A stretch of 64,000 nt of DNA, taken from the NCBI RefSeq assembly GCF_009914755.1, contig NC_060944.1; one strand, given 5' to 3'. Shown here in pieces: positions 40,401-53,364 of the stretch. The notes under the pieces are model-generated. The model was given only the letters and a program-made list of their open reading frames with translations. It was not told where the DNA came from and ran no database searches. Position 1 is the first letter of the stretch, and each line of letters starts with the position of its first letter. Source of the stretch: the human T2T-CHM13v2.0 reference genome, Homo sapiens. A program made the position numbers and the translations under genes.

Positions 40401-43400
40401 CTTTCAGGCCTATGGTGAAAAAGGAAATATCTTCCCATGAAAACTAGACAGAAGCATTCTCAGAAACTTATTTGTGATGTGTGCCCTCAACTGACAGTGT
40501 TGAACCTTTGTTTTGATAGAGCAGTTCTGAAACACACTTTTTGTAAAATCTGCAAGAGGATATTTGGATAGCTTTGAGGATTTCGTTGGAAACGGGAATG
40601 TCTTCATGTAAACTCTAGACAGAAGCATTCTCAGAAACTGCTTTGGGATGTTTCAATTGAAGTCCCAGTGTTGAACATTCCCATTCATAGAGCAGGTTTG
40701 AAACACTCTTTTTGTACTATCTGGAAGTGGACATTTGGAGCGCTTTCAGGTCTACGGTGAAAAAGGAGATATCTTCCAATAAAAACTAGATAGAAGCAAT
40801 GTCAGAACTTTTTTCATGATGTATCTACTCAGCAAACAGAGTTGAACCTTTCTTTTGAGAGAGCAGTTTTGAAACACTCTTTTTGTGGAATATGCAAGTG
40901 GGTATTAGGCCAGCTTGGAGGATTTCGTTGGAAACGGGAATACGTATAAAAAGCAGACAGCAGCATTGTCAGAAACTACTTTGTGATGTTTGCATTCAAG
41001 TCACAGAATTGAACACTCCCTTTCACAGAGCAGGTTTGAAACACTCTTTTTGTAGTGTCTGTAAGTGAACATTTGGATTGCTTTCAGGCCTAAGGTGAAA
41101 AAGGAAATATCTTCCCATAAAAACTAGACAGAAGCATTCTCAGAAACTTGTTTGTGATGTGTGCCCTCTACTGACAGAGTTGAAGCTTTCTTTGCAAAGA
41201 GCAGTTTTGAAACACTCTTTTTGTAGAATCTGCAAGAGGATATTTGGATAGCTTTGAGGATTTCTTGGGAAACGGGAATGTCTTCAGATAAACTCTAGAC
41301 AGAAGCATTCTCAGAAACTTCTTTGGGATGTTTCAATTGAAGTCACAGTGTTGAACATTCCCTTTCACAGAGCAGGTTTGAAACACTCTTTTTGTAGTGT
41401 CTATAAGTGAACATTTGGCGTGCTTTCAGGCCTAACGTGAAAAAGGAAATATCTTCCCATAAAAACTAGACAGAAGCATTCTCAGAAACTTGTTCTTGAT
41501 GTGTCCCCTCTACTGACAGAGTTGAACCTTTCTTTGCAAAGAGCAGCTTTGAAACACTCTTTTTGTAGAATCTGCAAGAGGATATTTGGATAGCTTGGAG
41601 GATTTCGTTGGAAACGGGTATGTCTTCAGATAAACTCTAGACAGAAGCATTCTCAGAAACTTCTTTGGGATGTTGCATTCAAGTCACAGAGTAGAACATT
41701 CCCATTCATAGAGCAGATTTGAAACACTCTTTTTGTAGTATCTGGAAGTGGACATTTGGAGCGCTTTCAGGCCTATGTTGAAAAAGGAAACATCTTCCCA
41801 TAAAAACTAGACGGAAGCATTCTCAGAAACTTATTTGTGATGTGTTTGCTCAACTAACAGGATTGAACCATCGTTTTGAAGGAGCAGTTTTGAAACACTG
41901 TTTTCGTGGAATCTGCAAGTGGATATTTGGCTAGCTTTGAGGATTTCGTTGGAAACGGGATTACATATAAAAAGGAGACAGCAGCATTCTCAGAAACTTC
42001 TTTGTGATGTCTGCATTCAATTCACAGAGTTGAGCATTCCCTTTCATAGAGCAGGTTGGAAACACTCTTTTTGTAGTATCTGGATGAGGACATTTGGAGC
42101 GCTTTCAGGCGTATGGTGAAAAAGGAAATATCTTCCCGTAAAAACTAGACAGAAGCATTCTCAGAAGTTTATTTGTGATGTGTGCCCTCAACTAACAGAG
42201 TTGAACCTTTCTTTTGATAGAGCAGTTTTGAAACACTCTTTTTGTAAAATCTGCAAGAGGATATTTGGATAGCTTTGAGGATTTCGTTGCAAACGGGAAT
42301 GGCTTCATATAAACTCTAGACAGAAGCATTCTCAGAAACTTCGTTGGGATGTTTCGATTGAAGTCCCAGTGTTGAACATTCCCTTTTATAGAGCAGGTTG
42401 GAAACACTCTTTCTGCATTCCCTGGAAGTGGACATTTGGAGCGCTTTCAGGACGACGGTGAAAATGGAAATATCTTCCAAGAAAATCTAGATAGAAGCAA
42501 TGTCAGAAACTTTTATGTGATGGATCTACTCAGCTAACAGAGTTGAACCTTTCTTTTGAGAGAGCAGTTTTGCAACACTCTTTTTGTGGAATATGCAAGT
42601 GGATATTAGGGCAGCTTTGAGGATTTCGTTGGAAACGGGAATACATGTAAAAAGCAGACAGCAGCATTCTCAGAAACTTCTTTGTGATGTTTGCATTGAA
42701 GTCACAGAGTTGAACATTCCCTTTGAGAGAGCAGGTTTGAAACACGCCTTTTGTCATATCTGGAAGTGTCCATTCGGAGCGCATTCAGGCTTGTGTTGAA
42801 AAAGGAAATATCCTCCCATAAAAACTAGACAGAAGCATTCTCAGAAACTTATCTGTGATGTATGTACTCAACTAACAGAACTAAACCATCGTTTTGAAGG
42901 AGCAGTTTTGAAACACTCTTTTTGCGGAATCTGCAAGTGGATATTTGGCTAGCTGGGAGGATTTCGTTGGAAACGGGATTACATACAAAAAGCAGACAGC
43001 AGCATTCTCAGAAACTTCTTTGTGATGTTTGCATTCAAGTCACAGAGTTGAACATTCCCTTTCATAGAGCAGGTTTGAAACACTCTTTTTGTAGTATCTG
43101 GATGTGGACATTTGGATCGCTTTCAGGCCTATGGTGAAAAAGGAAATATCTTCCCATGAAAACTAGACAGAAGCATTCTCAGAAACTTATTTGTGATGTG
43201 TGCCCTCAACTGACAGTGTTGAACCTTTGTTTTGATAGAGCAGTTCTGAAACACACTTTTTGTAAAATCTGCAAGAGGATATTTGGATAGCTTTGAGGAT
43301 TTCGTTGGAAACGGGAATGTCTTCATGTAAACTCTAGACAGAAGCATTCTCAGAAACTGCTTTGGGATGTTTCAATTGAAGTCCCAGTGTTGAACATTCC

Positions 43401-46400
43401 CATTCATAGAGCAGGTTTGAAACACTCTTTTTGTACTATCTGGAAGTGGACATTTGGAGCGCTTTCAGGTCTACGGTGAAAAAGGAGATATCTTCCAATA
43501 AAAACTAGATAGAAGCAATGTCAGAACTTTTTTCATGATGTATCTACTCAGCAAACAGAGTTGAACCTTTCTTTTGAGAGAGCAGTTTTGAAACACTCTT
43601 TTTGTGGAATATGCAAGTGGGTATTAGGCCAGCTTGGAGGATTTCGTTGGAAACGGGAATACGTATAAAAAGCAGACAGCAGCATTGTCAGAAACTACTT
43701 TGTGATGTTTGCATTCAAGTCACAGAATTGAACACTCCCTTTCACAGAGCAGGTTTGAAACACTCTTTTTGTAGTGTCTGTAAGTGAACATTTGGATTGC
43801 TTTCAGGCCTAAGGTGAAAAAGGAAATATCTTCCCATAAAAACTAGACAGAAGCATTCTCAGAAACTTGTTTGTGATGTGTGCCCTCTACTGACAGAGTT
43901 GAAGCTTTCTTTGCAAAGAGCAGTTTTGAAACACTCTTTTTGTAGAATCTGCAAGAGGATATTTGGATAGCTTTGAGGATTTCTTGGGAAACGGGAATGT
44001 CTTCAGATAAACTCTAGACAGAAGCATTCTCAGAAACTTCTTTGGGATGTTTCAATTGAAGTCACAGTGTTGAACATTCCCTTTCACAGAGCAGGTTTGA
44101 AACACTCTTTTTGTAGTGTCTATAAGTGAACATTTGGCGTGCTTTCAGGCCTAACGTGAAAAAGGAAATATCTTCCCATAAAAACTAGACAGAAGCATTC
44201 TCAGAAACTTGTTCTTGATGTGTCCCCTCTACTGACAGAGTTGAACCTTTCTTTGCAAAGAGCAGCTTTGAAACACTCTTTTTGTAGAATCTGCAAGAGG
44301 ATATTTGGATAGCTTGGAGGATTTCGTTGGAAACGGGTATGTCTTCAGATAAACTCTAGACAGAAGCATTCTCAGAAACTTCTTTGGGATGTTGCATTCA
44401 AGTCACAGAGTAGAACATTCCCATTCATAGAGCAGATTTGAAACACTCTTTTTGTAGTATCTGGAAGTGGACATTTGGAGCGCTTTCAGGCCTATGTTGA
44501 AAAAGGAAACATCTTCCCATAAAAACTAGACGGAAGCATTCTCAGAAACTTATTTGTGATGTGTTTGCTCAACTAACAGGATTGAACCATCGTTTTGAAG
44601 GAGCAGTTTTGAAACACTGTTTTCGTGGAATCTGCAAGTGGATATTTGGCTAGCTTTGAGGATTTCGTTGGAAACGGGATTACATATAAAAAGGAGACAG
44701 CAGCATTCTCAGAAACTTCTTTGTGATGTCTGCATTCAATTCACAGAGTTGAGCATTCCCTTTCATAGAGCAGGTTGGAAACACTCTTTTTGTAGTATCT
44801 GGATGAGGACATTTGGAGCGCTTTCAGGCGTATGGTGAAAAAGGAAATATCTTCCCGTAAAAACTAGACAGAAGCATTCTCAGAAGTTTATTTGTGATGT
44901 GTGCCCTCAACTAACAGAGTTGAACCTTTCTTTTGATAGAGCAGTTTTGAAACACTCTTTTTGTAAAATCTGCAAGAGGATATTTGGATAGCTTTGAGGA
45001 TTTCGTTGCAAACGGGAATGGCTTCATATAAACTCTAGACAGAAGCATTCTCAGAAACTTCGTTGGGATGTTTCGATTGAAGTCCCAGTGTTGAACATTC
45101 CCTTTTATAGAGCAGGTTGGAAACACTCTTTCTGCATTCCCTGGAAGTGGACATTTGGAGCGCTTTCAGGACGACGGTGAAAATGGAAATATCTTCCAAG
45201 AAAATCTAGATAGAAGCAATGTCAGAAACTTTTCTGTGATGGATCTACTCAGCTAACAGAGTTGAACCTTTCTTTTGAGAGAGCAGTTTTGCAACACTCT
45301 TTTTGTGGAATATGCAAGTGGATATTAGGGCAGCTTTGAGGATTTCGTTGGAAACGGGAATACATGTAAAAAGCAGACAGCAGCATTCTCAGAAACTTCT
45401 TTGTGATGTTTGCATTGAAGTCACAGAGTTGAACATTCCCTTTGAGAGAGCAGGTTTGAAACACGCCTTTTGTCATATCTGGAAGTGTCCATTCGGAGCG
45501 CATTCAGGCTTGTGTTGAAAAAGGAAATATCCTCCCAGAAAAACTAGACAGAAGCATTCTCAGAAACTTATCTGTGATGTATGTACTCAACTAACAGAAC
45601 TAAACCATCGTTTTGAAGGAGCAGTTTTGAAACACTCTTTTTGCGGAATCTGCAAGTGGATATTTGGCTAGCTGGGAGGATTTCGTTGGAAACGGGATTA
45701 CATACAAAAAGCAGACAGCAGCATTCTCAGAAACTTCTTTGTGATGTTTGCATTCAAGTCACAGAGTTGAACATTCCCTTTCATAGAGCAGGTTTGAAAC
45801 ACTCTTTTTGTAGTATCTGGATGTGGACATTTGGATCGCTTTCAGGCCTATGGTGAAAAAGGAAATATCTTCCCATGAAAACTAGACAGAAGCATTCTCA
45901 GAAACTTATTTGTGATGTGTGCCCTCAACTGACAGTGTTGAACCTTTGTTTTGATAGAGCAGTTCTGAAACACACTTTTTGTAAAATCTGCAAGAGGATA
46001 TTTGGATAGCTTTGAGGATTTCGTTGGAAACGGGAATGTCTTCATGTAAACTCTAGACAGAAGCATTCTCAGAAACTGCTTTGGGATGTTTCAATTGAAG
46101 TCCCAGTGTTGAACATTCCCATTCATAGAGCAGGTTTGAAACACTCTTTTTGTACTATCTGGAAGTGGACATTTGGAGCGCTTTCAGGTCTACGGTGAAA
46201 AAGGAGATATCTTCCAATAAAAACTAGATAGAAGCAATGTCAGAACTTTTTTCATGATGTATCTACTCAGCAAACAGAGTTGAACCTTTCTTTTGAGAGA
46301 GCAGTTTTGAAACACTCTTTTTGTGGAATATGCAAGTGGGTATTAGGCCAGCTTGGAGGATTTCGTTGGAAACGGGAATACGTATAAAAAGCAGACAGCA

Positions 46401-49400
46401 GCATTGTCAGAAACTACTTTGTGATGTTTGCATTCAAGTCACAGAATTGAACACTCCCTTTCACAGAGCAGGTTTGAAACACTCTTTTTGTAGTGTCTGT
46501 AAGTGAACATTTGGATTGCTTTCAGGCCTAAGGTGAAAAAGGAAATATCTTCCCATAAAAACTAGACAGAAGCATTCTCAGAAACTTGTTTGTGATGTGT
46601 GCCCTCTACTGACAGAGTTGAAGCTTTCTTTGCAAAGAGCAGTTTTGAAACACTCTTTTTGTAGAATCTGCAAGAGGATATTTGGATAGCTTTGAGGATT
46701 TCTTGGGAAACGGGAATGTCTTCAGATAAACTCTAGACAGAAGCATTCTCAGAAACTTCTTTGGGATGTTTCAATTGAAGTCACAGTGTTGAACATTCCC
46801 TTTCACAGAGCAGGTTTGAAACACTCTTTTTGTAGTGTCTATAAGTGAACATTTGGCGTGCTTTCAGTTGTAACGTGAAAAAGGAAATATCTTCCCATAA
46901 AAACTAGACAGAAGCATTCTCAGAAACTTGTTCTTGATGTGTCCCCTCTACTGACAGAGTTGAACCTTTCTTTGCAAAGAGCAGCTTTGAAACACTCTTT
47001 TTGTAGAATCTGCAAGAGGATATTTGGATAGCTTGGAGGATTTCGTTGGAAACGGGTATGTCTTCAGATAAACTCTAGACAGAAGCATTCTCAGAAACTT
47101 CTTTGGGATGTTGCATTCAAGTCACAGAGTAGAACATTCCCATTCATAGAGCAGATTTGAAACACTCTTTTTGTAGTATCTGGAAGTGGACATTTGGAGC
47201 GCTTTCAGGCCTATGTTGAAAAAGGAAACATCTTCCCATAAAAACTAGACGGAAGCATTCTCAGAAACTTATTTGTGATGTGTTTGCTCAACTAACAGGA
47301 TTGAACCATCGTTTTGAAGGAGCAGTTTTGAAACACTGTTTTCGTGGAATCTGCAAGTGGATATTTGGCTAGCTTTGAGGATTTCGTTGGAAACGGGATT
47401 ACATATAAAAAGGAGACAGCAGCATTCTCAGAAACTTCTTTGTGATGTCTGCATTCAATTCACAGAGTTGAGCATTCCCTTTCATAGAGCAGGTTGGAAA
47501 CACTCTTTTTGTAGTATCTGGATGAGGACATTTGGAGCGCTTTCAGGCGTATGGTGAAAAAGGAAATATCTTCCCGTAAAAACTAGACAGAAGCATTCTC
47601 AGAAGTTTATTTGTGATGTGTGCCCTCAACTAACAGAGTTGAACCTTTCTTTTGATAGAGCAGTTTTGAAACACTCTTTTTGTAAAATCTGCAAGAGGAT
47701 ATTTGGATAGCTTTGAGGATTTCGTTGCAAACGGGAATGGCTTCATATAAACTCTAGACAGAAGCATTCTCAGAAACTTCGTTGGGATGTTTCGATTGAA
47801 GTCCCAGTGTTGAACATTCCCTTTTATAGAGCAGGTTGGAAACACTCTTTCTGCATTCCCTGGAAGTGGACATTTGGAGCGCTTTCAGGACGACGGTGAA
47901 AATGGAAATATCTTCCAAGAAAATCTAGATAGAAGCAATGTCAGAAACTTTTATGTGATGGATCTACTCAGCTAACAGAGTTGAACCTTTCTTTTGAGAG
48001 AGCAGTTTTGCAACACTCTTTTTGTGGAATATGCAAGTGGATATTAGGGCAGCTTTGAGGATTTCGTTGGAAACGGGAATACATGTAAAAAGCAGACAGC
48101 AGCATTCTCAGAAACTTCTTTGTGATGTTTGCATTGAAGTCACAGAGTTGAACATTCCCTTTGAGAGAGCAGGTTTGAAACACGCCTTTTGTCATATCTG
48201 GAAGTGTCCATTCGGAGCGCATTCAGGCTTGTGTTGAAAAAGGAAATATCCTCCCATAAAAACTAGACAGAAGCATTCTCAGAAACTTATCTGTGATGTA
48301 TGTACTCAACTAACAGAACTAAACCATCGTTTTGAAGGAGCAGTTTTGAAACACTCTTTTTGCGGAATCTGCAAGTGGATATTTGGCTAGCTGGGAGGAT
48401 TTCGTTGGAAACGGGATTACATACAAAAAGCAGACAGCAGCATTCTCAGAAACTTCTTTGTGATGTTTGCATTCAAGTCACAGAGTTGAACATTCCCTTT
48501 CATAGAGCAGGTTTGAAACACTCTTTTTGTAGTATCTGGATGTGGACATTTGGATCGCTTTCAGGCCTATGGTGAAAAAGGAAATATCTTCCCATGAAAA
48601 CTAGACAGAAGCATTCTCAGAAACTTATTTGTGATGTGTGCCCTCAACTGACAGTGTTGAACCTTTGTTTTGATAGAGCAGTTCTGAAACACACTTTTTG
48701 TAAAATCTGCAAGAGGATATTTGGATAGCTTTGAGGATTTCGTTGGAAACGGGAATGTCTTCATGTAAACTCTAGACAGAAGCATTCTCAGAAACTGCTT
48801 TGGGATGTTTCAATTGAAGTCCCAGTGTTGAACATTCCCATTCATAGAGCAGGTTTGAAACACTCTTTTTGTACTATCTGGAAGTGGACATTTGGAGCGC
48901 TTTCAGGTCTACGGTGAAAAAGGAGATATCTTCCAATAAAAACTAGATAGAAGCAATGTCAGAACTTTTTTCATGATGTATCTACTCAGCAAACAGAGTT
49001 GAACCTTTCTTTTGAGAGAGCAGTTTTGAAACACTCTTTTTGTGGAATATGCAAGTGGGTATTAGGCCAGCTTGGAGGATTTCGTTGGAAACGGGAATAC
49101 GTATAAAAAGCAGACAGCAGCATTGTCAGAAACTACTTTGTGATGTTTGCATTCAAGTCACAGAATTGAACACTCCCTTTCACAGAGCAGGTTTGAAACA
49201 CTCTTTTTGTAGTGTCTGTAAGTGAACATTTGGATTGCTTTCAGGCCTAAGGTGAAAAAGGAAATATCTTCCCATAAAAACTAGACAGAAGCATTCTCAG
49301 AAACTTGTTTGTGATGTGTGCCCTCTACTGACATAGTTGAAGCTTTCTTTGCAAAGAGCAGTTTTGAAACACTCTTTTTGTAGAATCTGCAAGAGGATAT

Positions 49401-49627
49401 TTGGATAGCTTTGAGGATTTCTTGGGAAACGGGAATGTCTTCAGATAAACTCTAGACAGAAGCTTTCTCAGAAACTTCTTTGGGATGTTTCAATTGAAGT
49501 CACAGTGTTGAACATTCCCTTTCACAGAGCAGGTTTGAAACACTCTTTTTGTAGTGTCTATAAGTGAACATTTGGCGTGCTTTCAGGCCTAACGTGAAAA
49601 AGGAAATATCTTCCCATAAAAACTAGA
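22438..49627 (+). repeat. Ten tandem canonical 16-mer HOR copies (M1 at 22438, 25157, 27876, 30595, 33314, 36033, 38752, 41471, 44190, 46909)
   Basis: Exact 2719-bp periodicity of the ORF track from 22886 to 50076; only scattered SNPs seen by eye. Confidence 0.95.
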
Positions 49628-52600
49628 CAGAAGCATTCTCAGAAACTTGTTCTTGATGTGTCCCCTCTACTGACAGAGTTGAACCTTTCTTTGCAAAGAG
49701 CAGCTTTGAAACACTCTTTTTGTAGAATCTGCAAGAGGATATTTGGATAGCTTGGAGGATTTCGTTGGAAACGGGTATGTCTTCAGATAAACTCTAGACA
49801 GAAGCATTCTCAGAAACTTCTTTGGGATGTTGCATTCAAGTCACAGAGTAGAACATTCCCATTCATAGAGCAGATTTGAAACACTCTTTTTGTAGTATCT
49901 GGAAGTGGACATTTGGAGCGCTTTCAGGCCTATGTTGAAAAAGGAAACATCTTCCCTTAAGAACTAGACGGAAGCATTCTCAGAAACTTATTTGTGATGT
50001 GTTTGCTCAACTAACAGGATTGAACCATCGTTTTGAAGGAGCAGTTTTGAAACACTGTTTTCGTGGAATCTGCAAGTGGATATTTGGCTAGCTTTGAGGA
50101 TTTCGTTGGAAACGGGATTACATATAAAAAGGAGACAGCAGCATTCTCAGAAACTTCTTTGTGATGTCTGCATTCAATTCACAGAGTTGAGCATTCCCTT
50201 TCATAGAGCAGGTTGGAAACACTCTTTTTGTAGTATCTGGATGAGGACATTTGGAGCGCTTTCAGGCGTATGGTGAAAAAGGAAATATCTTCCCGTAAAA
50301 ACTAGACAGAAGCATTCTCAGAAGTTTATTTGTGATGTGTGCCCTCAACTAACAGAGTTGAACCTTTCTTTTGATAGAGCAGTTTTGAAACACTCTTTTT
50401 GTAAAATCTGCAAGAGGATATTTGGATAGCTTTGAGGATTTCGTTGCAAACGGGAATGGCTTCATATAAACTCTAGACAGAAGCATTCTCAGAAACTTCG
50501 TTGGGATGTTTCGATTGAAGTCCCAGTGTTGAACATTCCCTTTTATAGAGCAGGTTGGAAACACTCTTTCTGCATTCCCTGGAAGTGGACATTTGGAGCG
50601 CTTTCAGGACGACGGTGAAAATGGAAATATCTTCCAAGAAAATCTAGATAGAAGCAATGTCAGAAACTTTTATGTGATGGATCTACTCAGCTAACAGAGT
50701 TGAACCTTTCTTTTGAGAGAGCAGTTTTGCAACACTCTTTTTGTGGAATATGCAAGTGGATATTAGGGCAGCTTTGAGGATTTCGTTGGAAACGGGAATA
50801 CATGTAAAAAGCAGACAGCAGCATTCTCAGAAACTTCTTTGTGATGTTTGCATTGAAGTCACAGAGTTGAACATTCCCTTTGAGAGAGCAGGTTTGAAAC
50901 ACGCCTTTTGTCATATCTGGAAGTGTCCATACGGAGCGCATTCAGGCTTGTGTTGAAAAAGGAAATATCCTCCCATAAAAACTAGACAGAAGCATTCTCA
51001 GAAACTTATCTGTGATGTATGTACTCAACTAACAGAACTAAACCATCGTTTTGAAGGAGCAGTTTTGAAACACTGTTTTCGTGGAATCTGCAAGTGGATA
51101 TTTGGCTAGCTTTGAGGATTTCGTTGGAAACGGGATTACATATAAAAAGGAGACAGCAGCATTCTCAGAAACTTCTTTGTGATGTCTGCATTCAATTCAC
51201 AGAGTTGAGCATTCCCTTTCATAGAGCAGGTTGGAAACACTCTTTTTGTAGTATCTGGATGAGGACATTTGGAGCGCTTTCAGGCGTATGGTGAAAAAGG
51301 AAATATCTTCCCGTAAAAACTAGACAGAAGCATTCTCAGAAGTTTATTTGTGATGTGTGCCCTCAACTAACAGAGTTGAACCTTTCTTTTGATACAGCAG
51401 TTTTGAAACACTCTTTTTGTAAAATCTGCAAGAGGATATTTGGATAGCTTTGAGGATTTCGTTGCAAACGGGAATGGCTTCATATAAACTCTAGACAGAA
51501 GCATTCTCAGAAACTTCGTTGGGATGTTTCGATTGAAGTCCCAGTGTTGAACATTCCCTTTTATAGAGCAGGTTGGAAACACTCTTTCTGCATTCCCTGG
51601 AAGTGGACATTTGGAGCGCTTTCAGGACGACGGTGAAAATGGAAATATCTTCCAAGAAAATCTAGATAGAAGCAATGTCAGAAACTTTTCTGTGATGGAT
51701 CTACTCAGCTAACAGAGTTGAACCTTTCTTTTGAGAGAGCAGTTTTGCAACACTCTTTTTGTGGAATATGCAAGTGGATATTAGGGCAGCTTTGAGGATT
51801 TCGTTGGAAACGGGAATACATGTAAAAAGCAGACAGCAGCATTCTCAGAAACTTCTTTGTGATGTTTGCATTGAAGTCACAGAGTTGAACATTCCCTTTG
51901 AGAGAGCAGGTTTGAAACACGCCTTTTGTCATATCTGGAAGTGTCCATTCGGAGCGCATTCAGGCTTGTGTTGAAAAAGGAAATATCCTCCCATAAAAAC
52001 TAGACAGAAGCATTCTCAGAAACTTATCTGTGATGTATGTACTCAACTAACAGAACTAAACCATCGTTTTGAAGGAGCAGTTTTGAAACACTCTTTTTGC
52101 GGAATCTGCAAGTGGATATTTGGCTAGCTGGGAGGATTTCGTTGGAAACGGGATTACATACAAAAAGCAGACAGCAGCATTCTCAGAAACTTCTTTGTGA
52201 TGTTTGCATTCAAGTCACAGAGTTGAACATTCCCTTTCATAGAGCAGGTTTGAAACACTCTTTTTGTAGTATCTGGATGTGGACATTTGGATCGCTTTCA
52301 GGCCTATGGTGAAAAAGGAAATATCTTCCCATGAAAACTAGACAGAAGCATTCTCAGAAACTTATTTGTGATGTGTGCCCTCAACTGACAGTGTTGAACC
52401 TTTGTTTTGATAGAGCAGTTCTGAAACACACTTTTTGTAAAATCTGCAAGAGGATATTTGGATAGCTTTGAGGATTTCGTTGGAAACGGGAATGTCTTCA
52501 TGTAAACTCTAGACAGAAGCATTCTCAGAAACTGCTTTGGGATGTTTCAATTGAAGTCCCAGTGTTGAACATTCCCATTCATAGAGCAGGTTTGAAACAC

Positions 52601-53364
52601 TCTTTTTGTACTATCTGGAAGTGGACATTTGGAGCGCTTTCAGGTCTACGGTGAAAAAGGAGATATCTTCCAATAAAAACTAGATAGAAGCAATGTCAGA
52701 ACTTTTTTCATGATGTATCTACTCAGCAAACAGAGTTGAACCTTTCTTTTGAGAGAGCAGTTTTGAAACACTCTTTTTGTGGAATATGCAAGTGGGTATT
52801 AGGCCAGCTTGGAGGATTTCGTTGGAAACGGGAATACGTATAAAAAGCAGACAGCAGCATTGTCAGAAACTACTTTGTGATGTTTGCATTCAAGTCACAG
52901 AATTGAACACTCCCTTTCACAGAGCAGGTTTGAAACACTCTTTTTGTAGTGTCTGTAAGTGAACATTTGGATTGCTTTCAGGCCTAAGGTGAAAAAGGAA
53001 ATATCTTCCCATAAAAACTAGACAGAAGCATTCTCAGAAACTTGTTTGTGATGTGTGCCCTCTACTGACAGAGTTGAAGCTTTCTTTGCAAAGAGCAGTT
53101 TTGAAACACTCTTTTTGTAGAATCTGCAAGAGGATATTTGGATAGCTTTGAGGATTTCTTGGGAAACGGGAATGTCTTCAGATAAACTCTAGACAGAAGC
53201 ATTCTCAGAAACTTCTTTGGGATGTTTCAATTGAAGTCACAGTGTTGAACATTCCCTTTCACAGAGCAGGTTTGAAACACTCTTTTTGTAGTGTCTATAA
53301 GTGAACATTTGGCGTGCTTTCAGGCCTAACGTGAAAAAGGAAATATCTTCCCATAAAAACTAGA
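49628..53364 (+). repeat. Structural variant of 3737 bp (22 monomers): M1-M8, chimeric M9/M3 at 50987, then M4-M16; equivalent to a 6-mer variant HOR plus a 16-mer
   Basis: ORF spacing 50076 to 51094 = 1018 bp (6 monomers). The monomer at 50987 starts as M9 (TATCTGTGATGTATGTACTC..GAACTA) and continues as M3 (CACTGTTTTCGTGG..GGCTAGCTTTGAGG). Confidence 0.94.
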
